From Macrostomum lignano (lineage: Eukaryota), in the NCBI GenBank assembly GCA_002269645.1, contig NIVC01003352.1, positions 1 to 64,000 on the forward strand: a stretch of 64,000 nt of DNA, written 5' to 3'. Each line of letters begins with the position of its first letter. Position 1 is the first letter of the stretch. A program made the position numbers and the translations under genes. The notes below the pieces were generated by a model. That model was given only the letters and a program-made list of their open reading frames with translations, had not been told where the DNA came from and did not search any database. Shown here piece by piece: positions 23,001 to 35,994 of this stretch.

Positions 23001-23745
23001 ACCAGATGACTATTCAATGATCATGCTCATAATACCAGATGACTATTCAATGATCATGCTCATAATACCAGATGACTATTCAATGATCATGCTCATAATA
23101 CCAGATGACTATTCAATGATCATGCTCATAATACCATATGACTATTCAATGATCATGCTCATAATACCATATGACTATTCAATGATCATGCTCATAATAC
23201 CATATGACTATTTCAATGATCATGCTCATAATACCAGATGACTATTCAATGATCATGCTCATAATACCAGATGACTATTCAATGATCATGCTCATATTAC
23301 CATGACTATTCAATGATCATGCTCATAATACCATATGACTATTCAATGATCATGCTCATAATACCATATGACTATTTCAATGATCATGCTCATAATACCA
23401 GATGACTATTCAATGATCATGCTCATAATACCATATGACTATTCAATGATCATACCCATATTACCTGGCATAGTCCTCTCTGCAATAGGGTTTGCCATCG
23501 CGCACAAAGCAGGTCCTGAACTGGTTCAGCTCAGTAGAGCACTCGGTGCATTTCAAACAGCCGATGTGCCACTCCAGATCCGGCTGCACCCGAAGGATGT
23601 ACGGGTCCGTGATGTCGCTGCCGCAGCCAGTGCAAACTGGCGGTCTCTGCTGCTGCTGATGCTGCTGCTGCATCCACCAGTGGCAACTGGAATTATTGTC
23701 ATAGTCTCTATTGTCTTCAGATAAGTCCATTGTTCCCATAGTCAT
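14024..23745 (-). CDS. isl1: Islet (tailup/ISL1-2) LIM-homeobox transcription factor; exons 23745-23465, 20354-20017, 16888-16510, 14548-14024; ~507 aa if the 1-bp deletion at ~16650 is restored
   Basis: LIM1 [42 protein letters not shown]; LIM2 [33 protein letters not shown]; homeodomain [57 protein letters not shown]; C-terminal LIM-binding remnants [13 protein letters not shown] and PLFQQLV. All GT-AG junction phases are consistent (2,1,0). Confidence 0.95.
14632..14920 (+). repeat. 30-bp minisatellite family X, degenerate, ~9 copies, in Islet intron 3
   Basis: gtgagggactcaggatctgctcaactgcag variants. Confidence 0.85.
15513..16452. repeat. 42-bp minisatellite, ~22 near-identical copies, in Islet intron 3
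   Basis: Unit gaatagaatggattgctaatctagccaacatcacggatgcag. Confidence 0.97.
17735..18495. repeat. 23-bp minisatellite, ~33 copies, in Islet intron 2
   Basis: Unit gacacaatct(cgg/tga/agg)caaatctgca. Confidence 0.95.
18496..18808. repeat. 24-bp minisatellite, ~13 copies
   Basis: Unit cacagacacaagcttagcacaagt. Confidence 0.95.
18809..19994. repeat. 14-bp essentially perfect tandem repeat, ~85 copies
   Basis: Unit caacctgaagctat; only one variant seen (gttat, last unit). Confidence 0.97.
20416..21860. repeat. 23-bp purine-rich minisatellite, ~63 copies, in Islet intron 1
   Basis: Unit gcagaggagagggcggagatgat. Confidence 0.97.
22455..23453. repeat. 33-bp minisatellite, ~30 copies, in Islet intron 1
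   Basis: Unit ca(t/g)atgactattcaatgatcatgctcataatac; starts ~10 bp from the exon 1 donor. Confidence 0.95.
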
Positions 23746-24844
23746 GACTGCAGCAAGTCTGGCTACAATACGAATGCGACCATTTATGCAGAAGATTAAC
23801 CCCCGCCGCACACGAGCTCGCTAGTTATAAACGGGCTGATGCTCCAGCTCGTTTCTGATTGGCTGCTAAGGCCCGCCAGTGCTCCACCAATGGAAGGGCC
23901 TAAGGAGAAGGCCTCTGCGAACTATAAGTCGCTTGCCTCTTAAACACTTGAACTGCTGCAATAGCTTGATTTCAATCAGGTTAGATGCATGAATAATATA
24001 CTCAATGTGGCAGTGTTACACTGCAATATAAGTCTTCAAGTTCAATAGCTTGCTTCTCCCACTAAGGATTAAAATGGTATGATCCCAGGCTCAGTTGGCT
24101 CAATTTTTTAAGAAGTCAAGCATTCAATTTAAGACAGATTCAACCCACTTTTTAGACGATTGTCTATGACCAAAGCCGTGCTTGTAGTTTTTTGTTCTTT
24201 CATCAGAGTAACTTTGTCCGAATTTAACTGCGCTGTCTGTGTCTTAACTTCAATGCCTATGGTGTTTTGACCATAGACGAAAGTAGCTCGTAGAAACATT
24301 GGTTGAATATGATTGGCAGTGTCTTGAAATGAATGAAAGCCACAATTGGACTGACTGGTGTCCAGTTTAAAGTAAAACCTGTGATAGTCCCTTCCTCAAT
24401 TAAGCTCTGCTCTGCGGGTGGTCTTTCCTCTCTTTTTGTTATGCCATACACTTTGTTACATTTCTTTTCCAGAGCTATTTTCTCCCAATCTTGACCTACA
24501 CTGTTTTAATCCCAAATCCTAAGTGGCCCGCACTTGATCCAGGTTCTGTATTAGTTATTTAAGTCAGCTGCAGTTTTGCTGTAGTGCAGAAGACAACTTC
24601 ATGCTGACGGTAGACACATAAAAATGAGCGATAGACAGACTGAGAGTGAAAGAAAGAGAGGAGAGGTCATGAGATAAGATGTATAAAATCGAAGCGCCCA
24701 CCAAAAATGATGCTGAGTCGATTGGACTTAAAAGTTAAGCGTCCATGCAGATTGATCAATATTAGCATGGAAGTAGAAACTTGATACGAGCGCATAACAA
24801 GGAACATGCAGAATTTTCGGCGTTGTGAAATTTCGGTCTAATTA

Positions 24845-25715
24845 AATAGACAAATAGAGAAATAGAGAGAGAAAGAGAAAGAGATGGAGAGGGAGATGGA
24901 AAGGGGGATTGAATGAAAGAGAGATATAGAGAGGGGAGTGAAGGAAGGGATATATAGAGAGAGAGAGAGATAGAGAGAGGGAGATGGAGAGAGGAGATAG
25001 AGGATGAGGGAGATAGAGAGAGGGAGATAAAGGATGAGGGAGATAGAGAGATGGAGGTAGAGAGAGGGAGATAGAGAGAGGGAGATAGAGAGAGGGAGAT
25101 AGAGAGAGGGAGAAAGAGGATGAGGGAGATAGAGGATGAGGGAGATAGAGAGGGGTAGATAGAGAGAGAGAGGGAGATAAAGAGAGAGAGGAGATAGAGG
25201 ATGAAGGAGATTGAGAGAGGGAGAGAGGATGAGGGAGATAGAGAGAGGGAGGGAGATAGAGAGAGGGAGATAAAGAGAGAGGGAGGGAGATAGAGAGAGG
25301 GAGATAGAGAGAGGGAGATAGAGAGGGGTAGATAGAGGATGAGGGAGATAGAGAGAGGGAGGGAGATAGAGAGAGGGAGATAAAGAGAGAGGGAGGGAGA
25401 TAGAGAGAGGGAGATAGAGAGAGGGAGATAGAGAGGGGTAGATAGAGGATGAGGGAGATAGAGAGAGGGAGATAGAGAGGGGTAGATAGAGAATGAGGGA
25501 GATAGAGAGGGGTAGATAGAGGATGAGGGAGATAGAGAGGGGTAGATAGAGGATGAGGGAGATAGAGAAGGGTAGATAGAGGATGAGGGAGATAGAGAGG
25601 GGTAGATAGAGGGTGAGGGAGATAGAGAAGGGTAGATAGAGGATGAGGGAGAGAGAGAGAGGGAGATGGAGAGAGGGGGAAAGAGGGGGGAGATAGAGAG
25701 GCTGGCGGAGGGAGC
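24845..25715. repeat. GA-rich low-complexity tract
   Basis: gatagagagagggagatagaggatgagg-type degenerate repeats. Confidence 0.9.
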
Positions 25716-28660
25716 GGTGCTATCACATAGCAGACCACATAAAGGTTAAAAACGCATCGGCATCAACCGTGCGATGAACTGACTGCAGACCCGCTAGCTC
25801 TGTGCACACACAGCTATGCCTCGGTAAAATTCGAGTTAGGCATTTCAAGGAAAAATATGGAGTCAGCTATAAGGCTGTATAGCTGTCCCCGGTGCAAGCC
25901 GGAGTCCTGATATCTGATGATACCTGGAGTTTCGGATCAGGAGGGGGTATAGGGGGGGGGGGGAGAGGTTGCCGATGAAACTGCTCCCGAACCCCTCCCC
26001 CCGCTGCTCCTGCTTGCTTTGAGCTCAGAGTCTGCAACCGGAAGGGAAGCGGGTGACAGATCTTCTGGTTTGATCGCGCTGGGGGCAGGGTTGGGGATCG
26101 AATGATGGGGGTTAGCTCTATGGTGTGTCTACAGACCATCTGCAGGATAAGCCTGCATGGGTGCAGTAGGGGTGGGGCCAAACCCCCTCTGACTCGGGAG
26201 TCGAAAAACTGAGAGGAAGTTTAATATTCAATCTTCACAGCATATCTATAGGCATATATATTACGTTGATTCGCGAAATTTCTTAGTATAATCTTTTGTG
26301 AAATTGTAAGAGAGTAAACAGTTAATAAAACAGTAATTCTACTGTAGAATAATGTCTGAAAATTCACTAGTAAATTGACATCCATAGAAAATTGACAGTC
26401 TTAATAATACGCTTAATCATCACAGGAGGGTTGCGCAACGATTTCGGGGATATGGTTCCACAACCAGCTCTGACGGAAATTCTGCCCATTCCGCAGACTC
26501 TCTGAGCACAGTCAAGCTACTCTGCCCCTGACACATGTCAATTCATCGACACTGTCCATCATTTAAGAAAGTTGATTCAGAATAAAATACATGTAGGCTC
26601 CAAAACTTCGTGTTTCCAGGGAATCCTGTGAAATAAATCCGGCACTCCAGCAAGGTAAGAGACTCAGACTGGAGCTTTTCCAACGACCCCAAGAGTCGAC
26701 AAACTCTCCAGTCTGTTTGACTTTTTCTTCCTTTGCTTTCCCCTGTCTCTCCTCTCCCCTCCTCTCTTGTTTTCTGTTCGATTCGTTCGGTGCGATGGCA
26801 GGCCGTCGGCCCATGCAGCAGCTCAAGAGGAGCTCCAGGAGCTGTCCTGCCGCGCGTGTCCGGTCCGCGTCTACTCAGCTGGCCCGCCCTCGCCAGCTCA
26901 AACAAAACAAGGCCGTCGGGCCCTTCTAAAATAATAAGACTATACAGCCGCATCTCTAAACATGAAGTGCGCAAGCCGAAACGAGAAGGGAACTCACTTC
27001 TTCCGGCTTGCGCTTCGAGCCCCCCCCCAACCCTTCTGTCTCTACTCCGACAGGAAGTTTGATTGTTGACCGAAGGATGCTGCGACACGACATCCAACGA
27101 AGTTTTCCTGGCTTGAATATTCGAGTAGTATAGAGAAGTTTTAAGACTGATTTTTTGAAGGGCCCAGCAGCGCAAGTTGGGAGATTTGTCTTAGGCAAAC
27201 AGAGCGCAGAAGGCTAGGGAGGCCCGGCCCGTCCATGAGTTCAACTTCAATTTACTGATTTAAAGTTATTCTGTCGAATTTCCAGAACGGTCTGCTTTGG
27301 TTGCCAAGCCGGTCTCCAACAGAGTCGGGCCTGTAGTCAGGAAGTCTTCATTGTTTACTGTTGTTGCGGGTTACGCAAACGCAATCGAAAGCGCAGCGAG
27401 TTTGGCCGGCAGCAATTAATGATAATTGCCCAGATGGAGGGAGATCTCGTCAGGAGGGGAAATGCGAGGGGAATATAAAACGCTGGCCATGCACCGGGTG
27501 TGGCCGGTTCACCTGGACTAAATAGGCTGCTTTTGCAGTCTGCGTCTCTCTCTGTGTGTTTCCTGCCCAGGAAGGCGGGCAGATGGAGCCGGCCTCGGAT
27601 GGGTCAGCTCAGCAGAGGCGAGCTCCGAGGAACAAGACTCCATATTGATGAAGCTGCCATAACTCCCTATCCGCCAGCATTGCGGATGCTGGGGGGGGGG
27701 TGGCTCTCTATCAACTGTCCAGGAAATGCTTGTCCGCCATTAAAGATGGCCGCTGCCGTCCCATCCATGCACAGCGGCGAGCAGTATTGAGGAAACCTCA
27801 ATGTTCAGGCATAGATGGCTGTGGATTTGGGCCGGACGTTCAGGATGCTGGGAGCCTCATCGGGTGCGGTGCAAGGTTTGGTTATCGCGGTTACAGCCTC
27901 CTCACAACCCCCTCCCCATTCGGGATGACAAAGATGACGCTTCGCGCCTTGAAAGGTGAAAGCTCTCTCTGTGTGGGAGGCTCTGACGAGCGTGTCAGTG
28001 AGAAAACAGTCGTCAGTCCCTCGCGCAGTCCACGGTAGGAATTCCCCAGTTCTCCCATTATGTAATTTTAGCCTCAAGAAGCCTCACTAGCAGCGGCTGA
28101 TGACACGCCCTGTCAAGCAGATTTAGAAACTTTCGAAGCCGGAATTTTTTTGTTTAACTGAACTGTTTAATGGCGCTATTGTGAATCATTTTTTGCTGCT
28201 CCGACCATGTGAAACTCGCAAAAAGAGAAAAAGAGAAAACAACGCACAATAATTTAAAGCCAAAAAAGCTTTTGTCTAATTAAATTTAGCTAATGGACTC
28301 CGCTTGGGCTGTGGGACATCCGTAGGAAAATACCTGCAAAAAAGGAAAAAAGGAGAAAAGGTGTCCGCTAGAAGGTGAGACAGAGAGACAATCCTCATAT
28401 CTTACTTTACTCTCCATGTCAGTGTCAAAATTATTTGAGCTGAGTGCTTCCTGGCCTTTGAGTTGGCAATCGGTGACCGAAAGACTACAGAGCTTTCTTT
28501 TAAGCCAGCTTTGTGCAGGAATTAGGCGAATTAGTTTCGATTGGGAGATGCTTTGAGGCATAAAAAATTGCTGGGGCAAATGAGATGTGCGACCGTGTCG
28601 GGCAAACTCTAAGTTGGACGAGTGCTTTTTTTACAACAGCTCAGTGAGAGTCTAAATACA

Positions 28661-29062
28661 CTGATATCTGAGTTTGGCGCCTAATTAATGAGCATCGAGG
28701 GCGCTGATATCTGAGTTTGGCGCCTAATTAATGAGCATCGAGGGCGCTGATATCTGAGTTTGGCGCCAATTTATTGAGCATCGAGGGCGCTGATATTTGA
28801 GCTTTGGCGCCAATTTATTGAGCATCGAGGGCGCTGATATTTGAGTTTTGGCGCCAATTTATTGAGCATCGAGGGCGCTGATATCTGAGTTTTGGCGCCA
28901 ATTTATTGAGCATCGAGGGCGCTGATATTTGAGCTTTGGCGCCAATTTATTGAGCATCGAGGGCGCTGATATTTGAGCTTTTGCGCCGAATTAATGAGCA
29001 TCGAGGGTGCTGTGCTGATATTTGAGCTTTGGCGCTAATTTATTGAGCATCGAGGGTGCTGA
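28661..29062. repeat. 43-44-bp minisatellite, ~9 copies
   Basis: Unit ctgatatctgagtttggcgcctaattaatgagcatcgagggcg. Confidence 0.93.
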
Positions 29063-29689
29063 TATCACTGCACTATGCAGTCCATATTCTCCGTTTCAAT
29101 CCCAGCATGCTGTCTTTGTATTCAATAAGGTCAAAGCCCCTTCGATCACGCTACATGACGTCACTTTTGTCACGTGAGACCCTGTGTAACTCAATGGGAT
29201 CTCAACCTGACTGAACTTTACTGCACAAAACAAAGCGCAAAGAACCATAGACAGAGTTGTTCGAGAAAATGAATTAATTTTATTAAACTAATTACAATTT
29301 CCATTCAATAAACCCAATCAGCTTAAAGCATTTTAAATCAAATTTAACACAACGAGTCTGTAAGCAACGAAGTGTTTCGCGCCCTGCTTGAAATTCCTTA
29401 GTTGCAGTGAGGAGTTTGCTTTTTCTATTTGCTAAATAAAGTCTAACCCAGTGAAATAAAACTTCCTGAAATTTTCTTTGTCGACAAAGAAATCGCCTGA
29501 TGATTTGTTTTTCTACCGGGGACAGATCTCTACAAGGAATTGTGGCAACGTCTTGGTCACGCACTCTCCGGGTCTTCTACCTGAGGCTCGGCAGCTGCTG
29601 CAGAACTTCATTTAGTCTGTCCCCATGGCGCCCAGACTGGTGCAGGACCGGAGCAGCTGGTGCCACTGCCACCGTTCTGGCGTTCCACC

Positions 29690-32545
29690 AAAGGGCCAAG
29701 ATGAAGGAAAATGGCGTGTCACTAAAGGACCAAGATTAAGGGAAATGGCGTCCCACTAAAGGACCAAGATTAGGGAAATGGCGTCCCAACTACTAAAGGA
29801 CCAAGATTAAGGGAAATGGCGTCCCACCAATGAACCAAGATTAAGGGAAATGGCGTCCCACCAATGGACCAAGATTAAGGGAAATGGCGTTCCACCAATG
29901 GACCAAGATTAAGGGAAATGGCGTTCCACCCACTAAAGAACCAAGATTAAGGGAAATGGCGTCCCACTAAAGAACCAAGATTAAGGGAAATGGCGTCCCA
30001 CCAATGGACCAAGATTAAGGGAAATGGCGTTCCACCCACTAAAGAACCAAGATTAAGGGAAATGGCGTCCCACCAATGAACCAAGATTAAGGGAAATGGC
30101 GTCCCACTAAAGAACCAAGATTAAGGGAAATGGCGTCCCACCAATGGACCAAGATTAAGGAAAATGGCGTTCCACCCACTAAAGAACCAAGATTAAGGGA
30201 AATGGCGTCCCACTAAAGAACCAAGATTAAGGGAAATGGCGTCCCACCAATGGACCAAGATTAAGGGAAATGGCGTTCCACCCACTAAAGAACCAAGATT
30301 AAGGGAAATGGCGTCCCACTAAAGAACCAAGATTAAGGGAAATGGCGTCCCACCAAAGGACCAAGATTAGGGAAATGGCGTTCCACCAAAGGACCAAGAT
30401 TAGGGAAATGGCGTCCCACTAAAGAACCAAGATTAAGGGAAATGGCGTCCCACCAAAGGACCAAGATTAGGGAAATGGCGTCCCACTAAAGGACCAAGAT
30501 TAAGGGAAATGGCGTCGCACCGAAGGACCAAGATTAGGGAAATGGCGTCCCACTAAAGGACCAAGATTAGGGAAAATGGCGTCCCACCAAAGGACCAAGA
30601 TTAAGGGAAATGGCGTCCCACTAAAGGACCAAGATTAGGGAAATGGCGTCCCACTAAAGGACCAAGATTAAGGGAAATGGCGTCCAACTAAAGGACCAAG
30701 ATTAAGGGAAATGGCATCCCACCCACTAAAGGACCAAGATTAAGGGAAATGGCATCCCACCCACTAAAGGACCAAGATTAAGGGAAATGGCATCCCACCC
30801 ACTAAAGGACCAAGATTAAGGGAAATGGCGTCCCACTAAAGGACCAAGATTAAGGGAAATGGCGTCCCACCAAAGGACCAAGATTAAGGGAAATGGCGTC
30901 CCACCAAAGGACCAAGATTAGGGAAATGGCGTCCCACCAAAGGACCAAGATTAGGGAAATGGCGTCCCACCAAAGGACCAAGATTAGGGAAATGGCGTCC
31001 CACCAAAGGACCAAGATTAGGGAAATGGCTTCCCACCAAAGGACCAAGATTAAGGGAAATGGCGTCCCACCAATGGACCAAGATTAAGGGAAATGGCGTC
31101 CCACCAAAGGACCAAGATTAGGGAAATGGCGTCCCACCAAAGGACCAAGATTAGGGAAATGGCGTCCCACCAATGAACCAAGATTAAGGGAAATGGCGTC
31201 CCACCAATGGACCAAGATTAAGGGAAATGGCGTTCCACCAATGGACCAAGATTAAGGGAAATGGCGTTCCACCCACTAAAGAACCAAGATTAAGGGAAAT
31301 GGCGTCCCACTAAAGAACCAAGATTAAGGGAAATGGCGTCCCACCAATGGACCAAGATTAAGGGAAATGGCGTTCCACCCACTAAAGAACCAAGATTAAG
31401 GGAAATGGCGTCCCACCAATGAACCAAGATTAAGGGAAATGGCGTCCCACTAAAGAACCAAGATTAAGGGAAATGGCGTCCCACCAATGGACCAAGATTA
31501 AGGAAAATGGCGTTCCACCCACTAAAGAACCAAGATTAAGGGAAATGGCGTCCCACTAAAGAACCAAGATTAAGGGAAATGGCGTCCCACCAATGGACCA
31601 AGATTAAGGGAAATGGCGTTCCACCCACTAAAGAACCAAGATTAAGGGAAATGGCGTCCCACTAAAGAACCAAGATTAAGGGAAATGGCGTCCCACCAAA
31701 GGACCAAGATTAGGGAAATGGCGTTCCACCAAAGGACCAAGATTAGGGAAATGGCGTCCCACTAAAGAACCAAGATTAAGGGAAATGGCGTCCCACCAAA
31801 GGACCAAGATTAGGGAAATGGCGTCCCACTAAAGGACCAAGATTAAGGGAAATGGCGTCGCACCGAAGGACCAAGATTAGGGAAATGGCGTCCCACTAAA
31901 GGACCAAGATTAGGGAAAATGGCGTCCCACCAAAGGACCAAGATTAAGGGAAATGGCGTCCCACTAAAGGACCAAGATTAGGGAAATGGCGTCCCACTAA
32001 AGGACCAAGATTAAGGGAAATGGCGTCCAACTAAAGGACCAAGATTAAGGGAAATGGCATCCCACCCACTAAAGGACCAAGATTAAGGGAAATGGCATCC
32101 CACCCACTAAAGGACCAAGATTAAGGGAAATGGCATCCCACCCACTAAAGGACCAAGATTAAGGGAAATGGCGTCCCACTAAAGGACCAAGATTAAGGGA
32201 AATGGCGTCCCACCAAAGAACCAAGATTAAGGGAAATGGCGTCCCACCAAAGGACCAAGATTAGGGAAATGGCGTCCCACCAAAGGACCAAGATTAGGGA
32301 AATGGCGTCCCACCAAAGGACCAAGATTAGGGAAATGGCGTCCCACCAAAGGACCAAGATTAGGGAAATGGCTTCCCACCAAAGGACCAAGATTAGGGAA
32401 ATGGCGTCCCACCAAAGGACCAAGATTAGGGAAATGGCGTCCCACCAAAGGACCAAGATTAGGGAAATGGCTTCCCACCAAAGGACCAAGATTAGGGAAA
32501 TGGCGTCCCACCAAAGGACCAAGATTAGGGAAATGGCGTTCCACC
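29690..32545. repeat. 33-34-bp minisatellite, ~85 copies, with an internal 1343-bp higher-order duplication
   Basis: Unit aaggaccaagatta(a)gggaaatggcgtcccacca; rare variants ggcgtcgcac (30511/31854) and cgtccaacta (30681/32024) recur 1343 bp apart. Confidence 0.97.
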
Positions 32546-33234
32546 CAATGAAATAGTTGCCCGCAGCCGAATTTCATAGATAACAATGCAACAAACGCGC
32601 TAATATTTGGTAGCTAAGCGAAACACCGATGCAACAAAAACCAGAAATAATAAGCAACTAATTGCGAATGATTGCAAAATTTAATGATCACTTTTTGTTG
32701 GCAGCTCCAAACAGGGGGTTGCAATGATTGAACAATAGAAAATATTACCCTGCCTTACAATCTGTTAGACCTGTGAATGCCAACCGAAATAACCCAGAGA
32801 ATTTGTGACGGTAAGCGGGTGCCATCAGCTGATCCTCCCTTTCTCCTCTCTCTCTCGCTGCTCTATTTTTTGACTAATCGCTAGCGGGGTCTCAAGTGGT
32901 TTTGTTTAATCCACTTAAAAAAGCAACGCCGGCACGACAGCAGCCCAGAGCAAAAAATGAAGCAAAGTAAAATTTTCTGACTTTTTCACTTTAAGTTTTA
33001 ATATGCATGGGCTGGTCTAAACATCGCTTTTTAGAATCATTTTTAAAAATAAACGAGTCGCAAATACACTTCTATATATACTACTAGTGAGTAGTGAATG
33101 ATGTAGCGCATCGCTTATAAATGCAAGTAGGTTTAGGAGCAGAGAAGTCCCAGGCAAAGGAGGTGGCGGATGTCAAATGAAGCAATGAGGTGTCAGACAG
33201 TAGACATTCAAGTGTCCGACAAAAGTGACACTTT

Positions 33235-33885
33235 TAAGTGTCAAACAAAAGAGAGACAGTGAAGTGGCAGACCTAAGAGAGACAGTCAAGTGGCAGACCT
33301 AAGAGAGACAGTCAAGTGTCAAACAAAAGAGAGACAGTTAAGAGGCAGACCTAAGAGAGACAGTCAAGTGTCAGACCTAAGAGAGACAGTCAAGTGTCAG
33401 ACATAAGAGAGACAGCCAAGTGGCAGACCTAAGAGAGACAGTCAAGTGTCAGACATAAGAGAGACAGTCAAGTGTCAGACATAAGAGAGACTGTCAGGTG
33501 GCAAACCTAAGAAAGACAGTCAAGTGTCAAACAAAAGAGAGACAGTCAAGTGGCAGACCTAAGAGAGACAGTCAAGTGTCAGACATAAGAGAGACAGTCA
33601 AGTGTCAGACCTAAGAGAGACAGTCAAGTGTCAAACAAAAGAGAGACAGTTAAGAGGCAGACCTAAGAGAGACAGTCAAGTGTCAGACATAAGAGAGACA
33701 GTCAAGTGTCAGACATAAGAGAGACTGTCAGGTGGCAAACCTAAGAAAGACAGTCAAGTGTCAAACAAAAGAGAGACAGTCAAGTGGCAGACCTAAGAGA
33801 GACAGTCAAGTGTCAGACATAAGAGAGACAGTCAAGTGTCAGACATAAGAGAGACAGTCAAGTGTCAGACCTAAGAGAGACAGTC
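33235..33885. repeat. 26-bp minisatellite, ~25 copies, with a 234-bp higher-order period
   Basis: Unit gtcaagtgtcagac(a/c)taagagagaca; variant ctgtcaggtggcaaacc at 33491 and 33725. Confidence 0.93.
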
Positions 33886-34349
33886 TTTGTTTACAAAAGT
33901 TTTTTGTTTTAATCTTGTCTATCACTTACAAATCGATGTGGCATCGATGTCGCCTCAGCGATGTGACATTGGCGCTGGAAAATTGTGGCAGTAATACAAC
34001 GAAGATCGAGTAGAGTCCCAAATTTCTATGAGAAAATGACTGTAAATTATGTCAGCTAGATTCCATATCTGTAAAGTTCTGTGCCACATTGATCCCACTA
34101 TGGCTGTAGTGCGAGATTATAATTAAAATTCTTAATTAACTTTTGTAGAACCGAATGCTTCAAGCAAATTTTTATTAGAGCTAAGCTCTGTAATTAGACC
34201 TAAGCGATTGTATTTATATTCAGCATTGAAAAGTAATATGGCAATTAGTAGTATGACTAAAATAATTTATTAGGAAATTTTTTTGGCGAAATTGAAAAGA
34301 AAATAAGAGAAAATACGCTCGTAGCTCTAGTTATGTGCCACATGTCTCA

Positions 34350-34775
34350 CCTATTAGACAGATGCATCACCTGTTAGACAGATGGGACGTCGCTTGTTAG
34401 ACAGATGCATCACCTGTTAGACAGATGGGACGTCGCTTGTTAGACAGGTGTGCTACCTGCTAGACAGATGTGACATCGCTTGTTAGACAGATGCATCACC
34501 TGTTAGACAGATGTGACGTCGCTTGTTAGACAGGTGTGTCACCTTTTATCCAGGTGTGTCACCTTTTATACAGGTGTGACGTCGCTTGTTAAACAGGTGT
34601 GACGTCGCTTGTTAAACAGGTGTGACGTCGCTTGTTAAACAGGTGTGTGAACTGTTTAGACAGGTGTGTCAACTGTTAGACAGGTGTGTGAACTGTTAGA
34701 GAGGTGTGTCACTGTTAGACAGGTGTGTCACTGTTAGACAGGTGTGTCAACTCTTAGACAGGTGTGTCAACTGTA
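34350..34775. repeat. Degenerate ~20-23-bp repeat (cttgttagacaggtgtgacgtcg family)
   Basis: Repeated gttagacag(a/g)tg core. Confidence 0.85.
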
Positions 34776-35994
34776 AAATAGGGGGGCAATCATAAAAGTA
34801 AATCTTATAAATACAGTAAAAATTGCCTTAAACGAAGCATAGAGTTAGTCTAATTAGATCCAGGCAGAATTCATCTTTAAATAATTTAAAAATCAAGGGT
34901 GCAATGAGTTCGGTTCGATACAGATTATTACGAGCTATTTTATTGAAATTAAAAGTAATTTTTAAACGGAAGTCTACCAACCAGCCACATGACTTGCGCG
35001 TCACTTTTGCCTATCCACCTAATTCGAAATCGGAAGAGTTTTCCTGATGAATCACGTTTTCATTGCTCGAGGTTCATCCTCTTAAGGCAGTAAACAGTTC
35101 GTTCGCATTCGATAAGCTCGTACAAGTAAATCCTGGAAAAGTTAATTTTCAGTCTTTGCAGCGACGAATTTCACATTTCCGGCCCCAATGGCTATCGCGA
35201 GGGCATCGATTACTGGTGTATTTACCCGCGTGTCCAGACTGTACATGTGGATGCATGTATGAGGCTGTTAGTCATGCCTAATAAACACAGATGTCGAAGC
35301 ATTACAATACAAACCCAATAGCTAATTTGGGTAGGCATTAAAGCCTATAATTATAAATCACTTTTAAAATGGGTACGCGGAGCTCATGGACAACCAGCGT
35401 ATGGAGTTCTTAATTTTGAATCTTGGAATAGAAAACTCGTGTCGTTAAGCATGGATTTCTAGTTGTAGATGTACGTGTAGCTATATGCACCTGTAGATTT
35501 CGGAACGGTTGCTTGGGTTTTCAGAAATACATTAAGAACCAATAGAGTAACTGTTTAATAGACGCCCGTGTTAGTATCAAGGACTTCTAGACTAACTAGT
35601 CTAGTTTAGTCTAGAAGTCCTTGGTTAGTATCTGTATGAATTTTACCAGCATAAAAGTCTGGAAAGGAAAGCGTATATACTGCACCGAATTTCCTTGTAG
35701 CTACAGAAATTTAAGCCTGGTCATTTGCTGAAAGCATTCCAATAAAAGCTACATAGCCTATATCAAGAGAGGACTGAGAGATATACAAGGCTGTGCAGAG
35801 CCAGCTGACACATTTAATCAGTTTTATCAGATCCAATAGTTTTATAAACTTGGCACCATCGCTAATTTATAGACTGTATAGTTAGCAGCTTTCAACCTGC
35901 GCCAGGTCTTTCAGGTGAATTTCTGAATTTCCTATATATTTCGCATTTATCGCAACAGGTTTTCAGTGGACGAATACAACTAAGAGCAACAGGT

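Noticed and set aside
26543-28077. GC-rich ORF cluster upstream of Islet
   Set aside because: No domain similarity I can recognise and no consistent exon chain. It may be regulatory or repeat-derived, but I cannot support a call.
28661-32545. CRISPR-like appearance of the 43-bp and 33-bp arrays (also the 42- and 45-bp arrays)
   Set aside because: Units are head-to-tail with no unique spacers, there are no cas genes, and the context is eukaryotic.
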